64,000 bases of DNA from Balanoglossus misakiensis (taxonomy: Eukaryota; Animalia; Hemichordata), in the NCBI GenBank assembly GCA_040954595.2, contig CM082591.2, forward strand, positions 7,306,047 to 7,370,046, given 5' to 3'. The notes beneath the pieces are model-generated. The model saw nothing but the letters and a program-made list of their open reading frames with translations, did no database searches and had not been told where the DNA came from. A program made the position numbers and the translations under genes. This document shows positions 37,201 through 50,116 of the stretch, one piece after another (within the stretch, counting starts at the first letter, position 1; the number at the start of each line of letters is the position of its first letter).

Positions 37201-40200
37201 AAACAAAAATGGCAGGACTTTAGTTGCTAGGATGTCTTTGGTGATTCCTAATTTCTTGTGTTCCAATGCTGTCTTGTAAATACCTGCCAAAAATCAAATT
37301 ATGGTTAATGTCCAGGCTTCTTGCAAGACTTGCAACAGAAATGAATATTAATGAGTATGCATATTAATGAGCATGAATATTAACAAGTAGCTAACACTCA
37401 AGTCAAGCTGTTAGCTGGAGAGAACCCTGGATGTCTACACATCTTTTCAATGCCAATGAGAGAAGCTATCGCACAGATTAATTTTTACACTCTCTGACTT
37501 TAATATTAGCATTCTTTGCACAGTCTTTTCATGGTTTTAAAGGGAAGGGGTCTTCGCGCCACGTGGGTGTCCCCCTTGATGAGAACATGTCCTCCCATAC
37601 CAGCACAAACCCCACTGCAGTCGCCACGGCCTACTAGGATCTTCAGTTGCCGTCATGCCCAGTCTACGCTACGGTTGGCTGCTTCGTTCCTTCTAAGAAT
37701 TATCTAATTTCAGGGATTTGTGGATGAATTGTAATGTTTATAAACAAACAAACGTGGCGCGATGACCGCTTCCTTTGAAATGCTACATGTCTTTTTAGAG
37801 TTACCCTTCTCTCTCCCCTCCGAGTCCCCCCCCCCCTCACTCACTCATTCTCTAACACACAAATACACACCTTATCTCGAAGATTGTGTACAGTTCAAGC
37901 ATAAACCCTGGCTCTTCCACTTACCTAACATACCCATCAAGACAGCCGGTTCTCGTGATGGTATTGTTTCCAACAAAGGCAATATTTCATCCAAGACAAA
38001 CCATTTATCCATATATTCTAACAGCCTACCGATGCACATCAAACAATTTACACGGACCTATAACCCAAAACAAATTTATGAAATTTATATATCAGTACTC
38101 TGTAGGTATACTAGAAATTCAAATATGAACATTAATCTCAGAAACAAGTGAAAAAAGACAGAATTTTTGAACATTCACAGTCCTGTAAACTAATACATTC
38201 AACAAGTATGGCTTGTCGATGTCAGTCATGAGTGCAACAAGCTAAACTTCAAGGCAGTCAATGAAAAATAAAGGAACATTATCTTTATTTTTTCGCTTTA
38301 TTTTCAGTAATTTTGTTCTGTGTACCAAATGCAATTTCTTGCCTACTAGTCTGTATGTCATGTGTGTGTTTAACGGCCATTGTTATTGTTGACAAATGAA
38401 TTCTAGTCCGGATTTGAATTCAAATTTTGTACAATAAAAATAGCGTCAAGGACACTGTGGTCCCATTTGAGGATTATGCGGAAACAGTGACACACCAGAA
38501 TAAAAATAACATGTGACATTGCAAGCAGATCTGCAAGCAGCAATAGCGGGCCCAAGCCAACATAGCACATAGCAACATAGCAATAAGCATATCTGCTCTG
38601 GATGCCAAGATATGGAAAAGTAGGTCAAAGGTCACCTGAGGTTATGCAAAATTTGGGCAAGAAATTTTGACCATATACTGGTCCATGTTCAACAAAAATC
38701 AAACCTATAGCCCTATTGGTTAGCCTGGAATTAGGTATGCACATAATAAATGAGATATGTAGGTGTCACAGATGACCCCAAATTTTGGCTTTTCAATTTT
38801 AGTCCCAACCCTCCAAACGCCAAGTCTGTACCTGCTCTGGATGCCAAGATATGATAAAGTAGGTCAAAGGTCACCTGAGGTCATGCAAAATTTGGGCAAT
38901 AAATTTTGACCTTATACTGGTCCATGTTCAACAAAAACCAAACCTATAGCCCTATTGGTTAGCCTTGAATTAGGTATGCACATAATTAATGAGATATGCA
39001 GGTGTCACAGGTGACCCCCAATTTTGGCTTTTCAATTTTAGTCCCAACCCTCCTAACGCCAAGTCTGTACCTGCTCTGGATGCCGAGATATAGGAAAGTA
39101 GGTCAAAGGTCACCTGAGGTCACCCAAAATTTTGGCAAGAAATTTTGACCCTATACTGGTCCATGTTCAACAAGAACGAAACCTCTAGCCCTATTAGTTA
39201 GCCCGGAATTAGGTATGCACATAATTAATGTGTTAAGCAGGTGTTACAGGTGAGCCCAAAATTTTGCCTTTTATTTTGGCCCCATTGTGCTCACTGACCA
39301 ATAGACAGTCACTGTACAGGACTATTGCACAGACCAGAATTCCACAATAAGACGTGGACATAGCTTAACCATAGAGGTATAAGTAAAGGTATAAATTTAA
39401 TAAAAAGACTAAAAAATTCATAAAAAATAAAACATCCATGGTACTAACTTAACACTTACAGGTCGATGTGAGGTTGACATATGGTACATGCTTACCAATT
39501 TTTAAAGCAATCTGACGAGTAGTTGTTGACTTTCAGAGTTTTGATAAATTTCACATTTTTCCAGCTAATTTGCATATTTTTGGGCCTGGCAACTTCGTTT
39601 GGACAAACTCCCATCTACAGCCCAGCCTGCACCTACACACCAAATATTGAGGTGATACGCGCAGCGGTTTTCAAGTTTTTGATGTGGACGGACATACAGA
39701 CATACATCCATACATACATCCATCCATCCATCCATCCATCCATCCATCCATCCATACATACATACAGACGCAACCGATCCCATAAGGTCCCATGGTATAT
39801 ATGCCTATACCAATGGGACCTAAAAATGCTGATTATACACATATACAAATGTATGTTGTGCTGATAAGTTAACTACTGGGCATCTATCATGCTTCATGGA
39901 ATTGATCATTTGATACACAGAACAAAGTAGTGAAAATAAAGCCAAAAGTTACAGCTAATGTCCCTTTAATAATATTTAACTTGGAGTGTTTTTTACTTAC
40001 CGACAACAGATCTGTTTGGAGACAGAGATTTTTAATTCTTGGAATAATGGAATGTTTCATTGATGAATATTCAATCATTGCAGCGAATGTTGGGATGATA
40101 GACAAACACAGCTCCTACAGAAAGGAAACATTTCCCTATGTTATTGTAATTCTGACATAGAAGGGTGACATTTATATTTGAATGGATATCAGCCAAGATG

Positions 40201-43200
40201 ATTGTCATCAAGGTAGACTATATTTCTTTGGCTCAACTGAAGTAAATATTACACTTGATCCCCTATCCTAAATTTCAACAGTTTGATTTCAAATTGAAAG
40301 CAGGTACATTTTTGTTTGTTTCGAGATACACTTTATTATTATACATCTAGTGCCGAGAACAATAGATTTTGGCGTGCAATAAAAAGCCGTACGGAACGGT
40401 ACGTACGGAACGCGCGTTAAATAAGCCTTAGTTTCAAGGCGCCCTAAACTCACCGTGTACAGGTATGCGCTGTTATGCGAACGGTTTCAAGGCGCCCGCA
40501 TTCCAACGCACGTGCGCACACGTAAACAAAAAAGAAAGATGGCTGCTCACTGAGTCAACTGAGCGGTTTTCGATCGATTGTATCTGCATTTTGGGCGTTT
40601 TGAAAGCCAAGTAACATGCAACACAAGAACTAACGGAGATGTAAGATGTATAATAATAAGGTTATTACGAAAATACCGCAAAGTATGCACTCGGACATTA
40701 GCGCAGCGCATCGCCCTCCGCTACGCGTCGGGCGATACTCAGCGCTAATGTCCTCGTGCATACTTTGCGGTATTTTCGTAATAACCTCATAGTATTGCAC
40801 TTCTCAGACGTTACCTCTGCTGTTTGATGTACCCGCACATAAATCCTGGTATTATGTGAATAACCTTATATTATAGACAAAATAAACAGCTTGATATATA
40901 TGAAAATGTATTATCATTATGGCTAAAACAAGTTGAATATAAGTTGGAAGTGCCTCTAATGACACTGCTTGTTTGTGGTCATCTTCCATAATTAAGTTTT
41001 TCTATGTTGAGACAAGTGGAGAATGTACATACCTGTATTTGTGGTGATGGTGTCTCTAATGCTTTGTAAACCATCGGTAACACATGGTGTTTCACATCAT
41101 CTGCAGGTGTCTTGGACAACAGCAAATCCATCTTCTTCATAAATATTAACAAAATCTAGAAAGAAAAGAAAAATGTGACATATTTGAAATATTTGTAAGA
41201 TAATTCACCATTTATGATTTTAGAGATTTCAATATGGGTCATAGGTTGGTTGAATGGATGGATGGGTTGACAGATAGATACACAGCCAGACACAGTGACA
41301 CAAACAGAGATATGGATAGATGGATGAACATATGCATGATACAAACACACAGACACACACACACACACGTATGCACACACACATACAATGATACATACAC
41401 ACATACATACATTCATACATACATACATTCATACATACATACAGACAGACAGACAGACAGAAATACAAACCACTGTTTTAAAAGAAGACTATCATCGGCA
41501 CTACTCAAAGGATGTAGGATCTGTTCACCCAACAAATGTGATGTCAAAGATAAACAGGATTATAATGACGACAACAACAAACTGTCACAGAGTTTGCTGT
41601 CCAAAAGAGTGAGCCTCATAAAACCGTTAAAGTAATTTTATAAGTCGCAGCGGTATTAAAAGTCGCACCCCTTCTTTGAAAGACTTGTGTGGGAGGAGAT
41701 TTTCAGAAAATGAATACAACAGAACATCGGTATTATATAAGTTGCACCCCCTTTTCGGCACACACTGTCACTCATAAAAGGTGCGTCTTATAAAATGACT
41801 TTAACGGTAGTTACCTGTATTGGTTCCTGGAGTTTGAAAATTGGTTTCAGCTGAGGTAAAATGGTTTTACAATATTCCTTGTCTGTGCTATCCTCGGCTA
41901 TCAACAGAACATTCGGTAATACAAAGGGTATCATGTCAGCATTGTAGAACTCCTTGAAGAGACATGGCAACACTCTCTGATACACAACTCTCTGTTGAGA
42001 AAACAATACAAATTATAGTTAGCGTATTAAAGCGCGTAGCTCGTCTCACATGCATGTTTCAACTGTAGCCGCTGGTTACAGACGTTTAGTGAACAGTCAA
42101 TCCCATAAGGCAGTGCTCACACAAGATGGCGGCAACCATAGTCTGTGTCAGAGATCGGGAAAAGACACTAGCTTGGGTGAAAAGGAGGGACAAAACCAAA
42201 ATCTACTTATACAGTGCGCATGAAATATGAAAGGAAGGCTGTCCACTATTTGAATGCATCAAACGGAAAATTTGCTGGGAAGTTACGTGCCAGCGCGTGA
42301 GACGAGCTACCCGCTTTAAAGGTACACGGCCACCCCAAATTTACATACGCCCATATATGGCTGAAATGTGGTGTTTGAGTGTTCAACACATTAGCCAGTC
42401 CCTGAACAGTATAATAGTATTAAAATGAGGACATTACCACCAGAACATTTCCCACCCACTTGTCAGGGATAGGGTTGGGGTTAGTCTTGCAAGTGTTTGA
42501 TAAGTAAATGTCCAAAGCCAGAGTGACTGTCGTAAAACAAAACTGGTTTCAAACAGCTAGTTTTGCTGTTGTTGTTTGTTTGCAATGACTACACATTTTT
42601 CTTACCTTTGGTAATTTGGAAATAATTTTTGGAAGTCCTTTAAAGAACTGTGATTTCTGTAAATTATCCCACTGGAACAAAGAGTCTAAATATTCCAAGG
42701 TCTTGGCTCCTACATCATCAAAAAATGAAATCTGGAAAAAAAATCAAAAATTGGAGTTGGGTTAATAGAGATTTCATCACAGCAAAGTGACCAATCTGGT
42801 TATCCCTTTCAACCCCAGTTTCCTTTGAAGGGGTCCAACTTTATCATAGGAAACAATGGGTTTGGACTGAACCATGATGGTGAACGGGTTAAAATGATTA
42901 TGAGGGATCATGTGCACTTGCATTTAGCCCAATTATAGATAGAGGATAATGCAATAATGTGAATAAGTTAAATTACATCATTCTGAATTTACGTATAGAA
43001 CATCCTGTGGACGCGACGCTAATCACACAGTCTTGCCGATTCTGTAAACGCCCTCAAGTGGTTTTACCAGATTTTGGTAAGTAGCGGAGAACATTCCAAC
43101 CTCATATGTCTGTTAATCAAATTAGCGTCGCGTCCACGTATATGTACATACAGTGTTGTGCACAAAACCAGCTACAAGAACTGATGTTTACATGTGAATG

Positions 43201-46200
43201 AAATCTGGCCAGTTTTCAGGCCCTGTAGACGTCTGTTCACGAATAAATAAGTAGAGGTCAAACAGGGGTCATGATAGTGGCCTACTGACACATACCTTTA
43301 TTAACTGATCTGCATCAGGCCGTACAGTGGGAGTCAAACTCAACAACATTTTCACGTAGTCTCGTAGCGTCTCTGGTAGACACTTCAACATAGTAAGATT
43401 CAGATTATTCAACTGAAAATGAAGTAAATGTGCATTTATATTAACTGTTGAAAGATGTTATAATGTTGCCAGATGTTTGAATTTAAAATTCTTAGAGATG
43501 ACTTGGTATGATACTATGGTAAATACATACAATGTATCTCTAGTTCTTCTAACACTTTCATTTTTTGAAATGTACAGTACTGGTGGCTATATGTAGTCAA
43601 GCCGACCTTCTAATTTGATTTTAAATCATGCTTTCAATTCACTGACCCAAATTATAAATCTAGTTTAGTGGGTATGTAGTCTGCTTTCAGTGTTAACCCG
43701 ATACAGTAAAATTGTCTCAGTTTGTCTCAAATTTGAAATTGAAAATGGCCACCAATTTCTGTGTCTATGGAAAATTAAAGAAGTGATCTTTAAGAAAATA
43801 GAATAGTGTACAGCTTGTTTTATTTTATTATTTCAAAAAGACTCCCTACAAATGTTACATGTTATATAGCCAAGAATTGAACAGTTCGGAGGACTGTCAT
43901 TTTTCTGAAAATCTGTCCCCGGGTTTTGTACTACTATAACCCTTCCACCCCCAGTTCCCTCTATAAAGGTCCAACCTTACAATAGAAAACAATGGGTTTG
44001 GACCGAACCATAGTGGTGAAAGGGTGAAGCATGTAAACACAGTGAGAAATGTATATCCTACCTGCTGGCAATTCCTTTGGTAAGTCTTCAAGTTGCCATC
44101 GCAATTAAACAGGGGTTTACCATGGTTGAAGACAGTGTATATCACTACTCCAAGTGAATACATATCACTGGCCGTGTCACAACTGACTGTCATGATGTAT
44201 TCCGGAGCTAAGTAGTTCAGAGCCGGCTGTGCCAAGTCCGGAAGACTGGGATCCCATTCGTGGCTGCTGTACACTGCCTACATACAAATAGGGTGAGATT
44301 AATACAGAAAAGAATTACGGACAATTTAGGAAAAACTTTGATACCAGTATTAACCCTAACGCTGCCAAGTCAGTATGAACTGGTTTGATTTCCAGGGTGC
44401 CTAGAATCCGGGCTCCCAGGCCCGTTAGGCTGCCAAGTGTGTGTTAATCAGTAGGGCCTATACATGACCCTCAGACCAATACAGTACAAACCAGTACGAT
44501 TTGGTACATTTTTCAGGGGGCTCAGACTGCCAAGTGTGTCTAAGTACGTATGAGAGCCATGTCAAGACAGTCAAAATACGTTTCAGAAGAAAAAGTGGCA
44601 AATACGTATTTTAAGGGACTTGACACTCTAACCAGATATGACCCCCGGTAGCAATAGGGTTAAAACAGCAATATTTAACGGGTGCCACACCCATTTAATC
44701 AGCCTCCATACAAAGAGTACACAACTACCGGTATAATGGTATGCATCGCCAAATGATGACAAACTGACACAAATACAAGTAATATGGCTTAAATGGTTAT
44801 GATTCTTAAGGATAGGGAGAAGATTTGAAGTATTTCATTGTGGGAAACAAATACGAGAAATTTGTCAGCTCATGGAGCTTTAAGAGACATAATAAATTGG
44901 TTTCCAGAGATATCGCTGTATAAACAAGATTACAGTGTTAGCTACAGCCTTGTTATAGAGAAATGTCGGTATGTATCGACTTAGTCTAGAATCCAGACTC
45001 ATGTGTTTTTTCACTATGCTCGACACAGGAGTCTGGATTCTAGACTAGAATTGACTGCGTGACAGGGAACGGAAATGTCTAATCTTTTTTCCACTTTACC
45101 TGTTGATCGTGTGGAGTTGATGACGGGACGCAGAAATCAAAGCCAGACAGTTTCCAGGCTCCATTGTTGTTGATAACAATGTTCGCTTGATTGATGTTTC
45201 CATGCACCATGTGTACATCATTGTGTAGGAATGATAATGCCTCTGTTATCTGGACAAACAAAACAGGATTTTCATTGGCAACGGTTTTACTGATTTATCT
45301 TTAGCTTATATCACACATAGGTAAAACAAAGAGAGTAATATTAAAGGGACAAAGTCTCTCTCTCGCTGCCCTATTTCCATTAATTATGTTTGATACAAGA
45401 CACAGTTTGTGTTAATGTAAATGTGTATATTGTGGTGAATCAACGTTCGACCACACACAACTTCCTTCCCGCTTGTAGACATGAGAGTAAAAAAACTCGC
45501 CTAAATGAATAATCGGTCTCTACCATTTATTCAGTTTGGGCGAGTTTTTACTCTCATATCATACAAGTGGGATGGAAGTTGTGTGTGATTGAACATTCAT
45601 ATCCGGGGTAGTCCAGTAAAATTGTTTTATACAATGTCTCTTATGAAATCACTTGTATGATTGACAATAGGAGAATGTAAATTAAACTTTCTACCATCCA
45701 ATGATTACACTCATATAAATATGACAGGGATCTGAAATAGCTTGGGTAAATAAATGGTCTGTCATTCAACACAGGGATTACCAAACCAATATTTCATTTA
45801 AATATTTTTCAAGTTTACCTGTTGGAGTCCGAATTTAATTTCAACTTCGTACAGCTGATAATCTTTCAGTTCAGTTGGCACTGGTGTTGGTAGGTTGTCA
45901 TGGCAACCAAGCACATTGCCGAGACTCGCAAACACTGGTTCTGTTGCAAATGCAAGACATTCTCTGTTGGGTGGAATGGAATTAAAGGCGTAAGTTAGAC
46001 ACCACATTCAAACTATATATACATTGTATGATTATCAAAATATATTTCTGTCCAATGTGTAGGGATCATGTATGTAGCACACTCGTTGTATGTAGCTCTC
46101 TCATTTACCGAGGGTGCTATATACAAGATCCCCAGACATCACAGTTGCTGGGGTCACATTCAATCTACAGTGCATATATCAAAATGTATTTCTGTCCATT

Positions 46201-47451
46201 TCTATGCATGGTATACATCACAGCTGCTATTATACCAATCTGGTATGTGGTTCTTTCCAAGAGGACACTTCATGGAAAGATACTGTAAAACGAGCAACAA
46301 ATTTTTGCAAAATACATGAGAGACAAAAAAATGTGAAAATAAAAGGTCGCTTTAAAGTCTTTGTCGGAGATAACGATGCAATAAATGAAATAAGAGAACA
46401 TGAAAATTAATCCTCACTGAACAGTTGCCTCTTTTGATATCGCAAAAATTTCATGTCGCGAAAATAAACCGTTTTACAGTGTATCGGTGTGTACAACACG
46501 ACTTGGTCCCATTTCTGTTTCCTACTGTAGAAGTGGAAGACAATATAATTCAGACATTGACATATATGAAATAAATCTGGTTTTTGTATTGATTTAAATA
46601 TTCATAATACCAGTAGATATATGTATGTACACACCTTGATTCCTCCAATGGATGTTGGACTGTCAATAGTCGTGGATGTCGAAGGCGTGTCAGCTGAGTC
46701 ACGCCCTTTTTAAACAGATCTATTAAAAATTCCCTCTCTCGCCTAGGATATTTTTCCAACAATTTCTTCTCTAAGACAAACACAGCTACTTCCTGAAAAA
46801 CAAAAAAATCAGTGACCTTCAAATAGACATTAAAGGTTGACAATCATTTTGTGAGGTTTCCGGTACAATTGAATTGACAAGCACATGTTTTCGCTGTGGT
46901 CCTGATCAAGATCGCAAATGGGCACTTTTTTGACTATGCATGTGTATAGTGGAGTAGGGAGGCAGCACAGCCAAAGCCCAATCTGATTAAAATCAGATGT
47001 AGGGTACGGCGACATATTTTACTTCGTGGTACAGTATTCTTATGCTGTCGCCTCACCTTACATCTGACCAACTCCCATAGAAGCTCCCGTTAAAAATCTC
47101 AGGCTTAACTGGGCCAGTAAAACAATCAGAAGGCGCCTTATAGAGAAAGATAGGTATCCTTCATTGTATATCAACGCAGCGTGAAATGTGATTGGCCTGG
47201 CCACAACGGGAGGTTGAACGGGAGCTTCTATGAGGGGTTGGTCAGATGTAGTGTGAGGAGACAGCACAAGAATACTGCACTGCGTAAGTAAAAGACGTCG
47301 CCAAACCCTATATCTGATTTTAATCAGATTGAACCAAAGCCAGACACTCTCTCCATACTCATAAGGCTATGACTCTTCTAATGATTGTGATCTTCATGAT
47401 CGATTCGGCTTCGTTCAAGTCCGGTTGATATATATATATGTCCATTTGTTC

Positions 47452-47483
<32 letters not shown>

Positions 47484-47702
47484 ATGTGTGTGTACGGTAC
47501 ATGCAGCACACAAATATTCTATTTGTTAACAATATTTCACCTGTTTTGTTGAGCGTTTAACAGCTTCATAGATTTTCCAGACATATCCAGGACCGGCACT
47601 GGCATGGTGTCTGACAATGTCAAATTCTCTGGATAACGGATTGCCAATGAAACCCCCAACTGTACTCTGTACTGTGCTTTTGATTCGATTCAATACATCC
47701 AT
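34205..47702 (-). CDS. SCYL2: SCY1-like protein 2 (CVAK104; pseudokinase + HEAT repeats + low-complexity tail)
   Basis: 15 phase-consistent exons: 47702-47541, 46792-46635, 45963-45819, 45249-45100, 44277-44062, 43412-43296, 42731-42606, 41991-41815, 41155-41033, 40114-40001, 38057-37925, 37283-37165, 36521-36421, 35817-35715, 35053-34205 (2793 nt, ~930 aa). Motifs GNPLSREFD, QLTRLRHPRLLTVQHPLEESRECLAFATEPVFASL, VHGNI..WKLSGFDF, LNYLAPEY, WDNLQKSQFFKGLP; C-terminal DLSDLLG*. Confidence 0.95.
35176..35461. mobile_element. Kolobok-like MITE family F (agggcgacgatcgtcttat terminus)
   Basis: TTAA-flanked. Copies at 63131-63444 and ~15472-15710, a variant at ~42030-42315, and fragments at ~10814 and 22392. 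Confidence 0.8.
36649..36975. mobile_element. MITE of the caatctgat family (inverted copy of 46979-47331)
   Basis: Shared atcagatgtagggt termini and internal ctcc(c/a)atagaagctcccgtt inverted repeats. Confidence 0.8.
38446..39826 (+). mobile_element. Helentron-associated non-autonomous element (HINE/DINE-like) with internal ~240-bp tandem array
   Basis: Three ~240-bp core repeats (starts ~38593, 38832, 39072), a (CATA/CATC)n microsatellite at ~39692-39767, and the 3' stem-loop aggtcccatggtata..tataccaatgggacct followed by aaaaa. A second 3' end lies at ~36110-36354 and a core fragment at ~22970-23040. The 5' boundary is approximate. Confidence 0.75.
40333..40790. mobile_element. non-autonomous element with two abutting inverted-repeat pairs (possibly Crypton-like)
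   Basis: 16-bp IR 40333-40348 / 40644-40659, immediately followed by a long hairpin 40659-40787 whose first 32 bp are perfect. Confidence 0.6.
41250..41460. repeat. compound microsatellite (GGAT, CA, CATA, CAGA)
   Basis: Directly visible. Confidence 0.9.
41624..41807. mobile_element. mariner/pogo-like MITE (ccgttaaagt TIR)
   Basis: ccgttaaagtaattttataag / cttataaaatgactttaacgg|ta; ends a few bp from a SCYL2 splice donor. Confidence 0.7.
44354..44659. mobile_element. piggyBac-like MITE family B
   Basis: TTAA|CCCTAAC...AATAGGG|TTAA. Confidence 0.9.
45345..45600. mobile_element. truncated palindromic MITE family A
   Basis: Left arm, loop and part of the right arm only. Confidence 0.85.
46979..47331. 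mobile_element. CA...TG MITE with ~10-bp TSD
   Basis: TIR caatctgattaaaatcagat(g/a)tagggt; flanks agccaaagcc / aaccaaagcc. Confidence 0.85.
47452..47492. repeat. (GT)n/(GC)n alternating purine-pyrimidine microsatellite
   Basis: Directly visible. Confidence 0.9.
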
Positions 47703-48749
47703 TTTCTATTCTCATCCTGATCTGAAAACAATAAACAATATCTTGGTAATTTAAACGGGATTGTTTATAGGCTACACAATTATTAGTCAGTCCATGCATA
47801 GTCCATGAAAAAAATTGTCATAATGAAATGTAATTAAGTGACTGTCATGATGTAATTAAGATTAAGCAAGGCACCATCGTCCATGGTCGAATTGTGAGGG
47901 CTGGTTCAAAACTTGATTTCAATTGGATGACAGGGTTTCAATTTTGGAGCATGACGAGTTTGAGAACTAAGCATGGCTGCTATGTTATGCCCTTGCGAAA
48001 TGCACCTGGGCAAAATCTGGACAAAACACTGATACATGTAGTAATATGGAAATGAATAAATTAGACTTATGAATGAGCAAGTAAATTCTTGTGCCAACCC
48101 CAAAATATGGCCACGACGGTCACCACACAAGAATTGTAAAGTATTTGGTTTTTAAACAGTCCTTTAATTTTGTGGTAATCAGCATTGTGTAAAATTTGAA
48201 TTCAAGTCAAGACTAGTATTTATTTTCTGACAATAACAGTGGTCGTTACACATATACAGACACGTTGGCATGCAGAGGACTGGTATAATAGCATGCTGTT
48301 TGGAGTAGAACAAGAAATTGCATTGAACATGAAGAACAAAAATACAGAGTATATATATATACTACAGCCAAAAGTAACAGGTATGAGGTAGTGACTAATG
48401 TGACACGCCCCTTTAATATTAAATTTTTAACAATTCGTTATTGCTAGGTTATCTTCATTATTCATTCCCAGTGGCCTATTATGCACCACCTCATGTGAAT
48501 GCTGCAATCATATAGTCCACCACTGCAACATTATTTTACATATACAGTGACCGACCAGTCCGTACGTGATAGTAATTATTGAATATCATTAATATATTTT
48601 GTCCGTCAAATTCATTTAAATTACCTATCATATGCGTTATAAAATCATGTTATACTACATGTATGTTATGGAGGAACAATCCAATATTTGGTGGGAGATT
48701 TGTAATACCCAACTTCCTACTACAATTCATGATTGATACACGTACATAC

Positions 48750-49146
48750 CTTTCGTAGCCGGCCTGTATATTGAGTGCAAGTAGGGTCAAAGTTCATGCT
48801 TGTATTTTGAAATTAAATATCGTGATACAATAATGTAAGTGCTGTAATCAGTCTAATAAAATAATTTGCACAATTTTCCTCTCTATGTAAATTATCATTC
48901 ATCACTTTTATGTCGTTTTGTTAATTTCAAACAAAATTTGCGAATGACATTTTTTGACGAAAGGACAGTCTAAAAATGTAACGACGCTCTCAACGTTAAG
49001 GGCGCCCTCCTGCGGTACAACGTGTTATAGGGGGAAGTCCCTCAACTTTACCCATTTCAGTTGCCAACTTTGCTTCTTCACTTTTCGATAGACGGCCGAA
49101 GTGACCCCCAAATGCTCCCGGAAACATCCGAATCCTGGGAAACAAG
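48750..49146. promoter_or_regulatory. probable bidirectional promoter and non-coding first exons of SCYL2 (-) and TRAF6 (+)
   Basis: Both genes have a splice acceptor just upstream of the ATG (47722 on -, 56147 on +), so both need upstream exons. This CpG-richer patch has outward-facing donors (aag|gtatgt at 48750 on -, aag|gtaaaa at 49146 on +) and GGGGAAGTCCC (kB site, 49031-49041). Confidence 0.55.
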
Positions 49147-49976
49147 GTAAAATACAGCTTATGAACATATTTTCCATTTCGTCAACTCACAGTGTGCTCA
49201 GGAAAAAATATTGAAGTGCTCGTTGTGTATATTTATGCAGAGTTCGTAACGCTATTTTACCAGAGTGCCAACTCTACATGTAGGTTTTGCTGGGGCGGGT
49301 ACTATTTGTAACAGTTTAGTAGATATGCTATGATACGGTTTTTATAATGCTCTCCAGGCTGACCCGGACCCTGCGGAACGCCTTACAGAACGCATCCGTG
49401 TTTCAGTGATAAGCTTTCCAATATTGGCTAGCTTACATGTGGCCACCACTGTGCTACTCGTACTAGGCGATTGTAATTTGTACGTTGACCCCTTACGTTG
49501 CATATGACACAAGGAAGTAGTCTAGAGTTTTATAAAAAAAAAATTGCGCTAGGTTGAAGAACATTTATGATACTTTTTATAACTGATCATACAATTTACC
49601 TAAAAATGTTATTACTGAGATCAAAGCATTTAGTACTTGTGACTCCCTTCATATATCTCACCCATTGAAGAAATTGGGCCCTCATTTGTTCAATATGGTA
49701 GATTGCACATCTGATAAAGCTCCATTATCTGTAACTTTTGACTATTTTAAAGTATTTTTGTTCTGTGTGTCAACAGTGGTTTCTTGTTCAGGTAATATCA
49801 ACATGAATAAGTTCCTATTATTTATCTTGACTTTGCAACACTATTGTGTTATTGTTAAAAAAACGTATTCAAGGAAAGAATGTTACAAAATGTAGATGAA
49901 GACAAAGAACTGACGGAAAAATAGCCAGAAGTTACACATAGTGGCCCTACACTGGAATATCAAGTATGCAGGATGC

Positions 49977-50116
49977 TAGCTGCAATGATTGTAGCAGGTG
50001 CTGCTAGGTTGACATTGTTGTACGCAGCACTGCGAACAACATCATCACCCTGGCAGCACTAGTGCTGCAAACAACATTGTCTACCTACCAGCACCCGGCT
50101 ACAATCATTGCAGCTA
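49977..50116. mobile_element. TAG...CTA hairpin MITE with perfect 9-bp TSD
   Basis: gcaggatgc|tagctgcaatgattgtagc...gctacaatcattgcagcta|gcaggatgc. Confidence 0.85.

Noticed and set aside
38590-39290. regularly spaced repeats as a CRISPR-like array
   Set aside because: Whole ~240-bp units are repeated with no unique spacers, the context is eukaryotic and there are no cas genes.
39523-41635. ORFs rich in MYVCM/HTYIH
   Set aside because: These are translations of microsatellites.
49188-49215. CACAGTG heptamer near the TRAF6 5' end as a RAG recombination signal
   Set aside because: No nonamer at a 12- or 23-bp spacing; an isolated heptamer is expected by chance.
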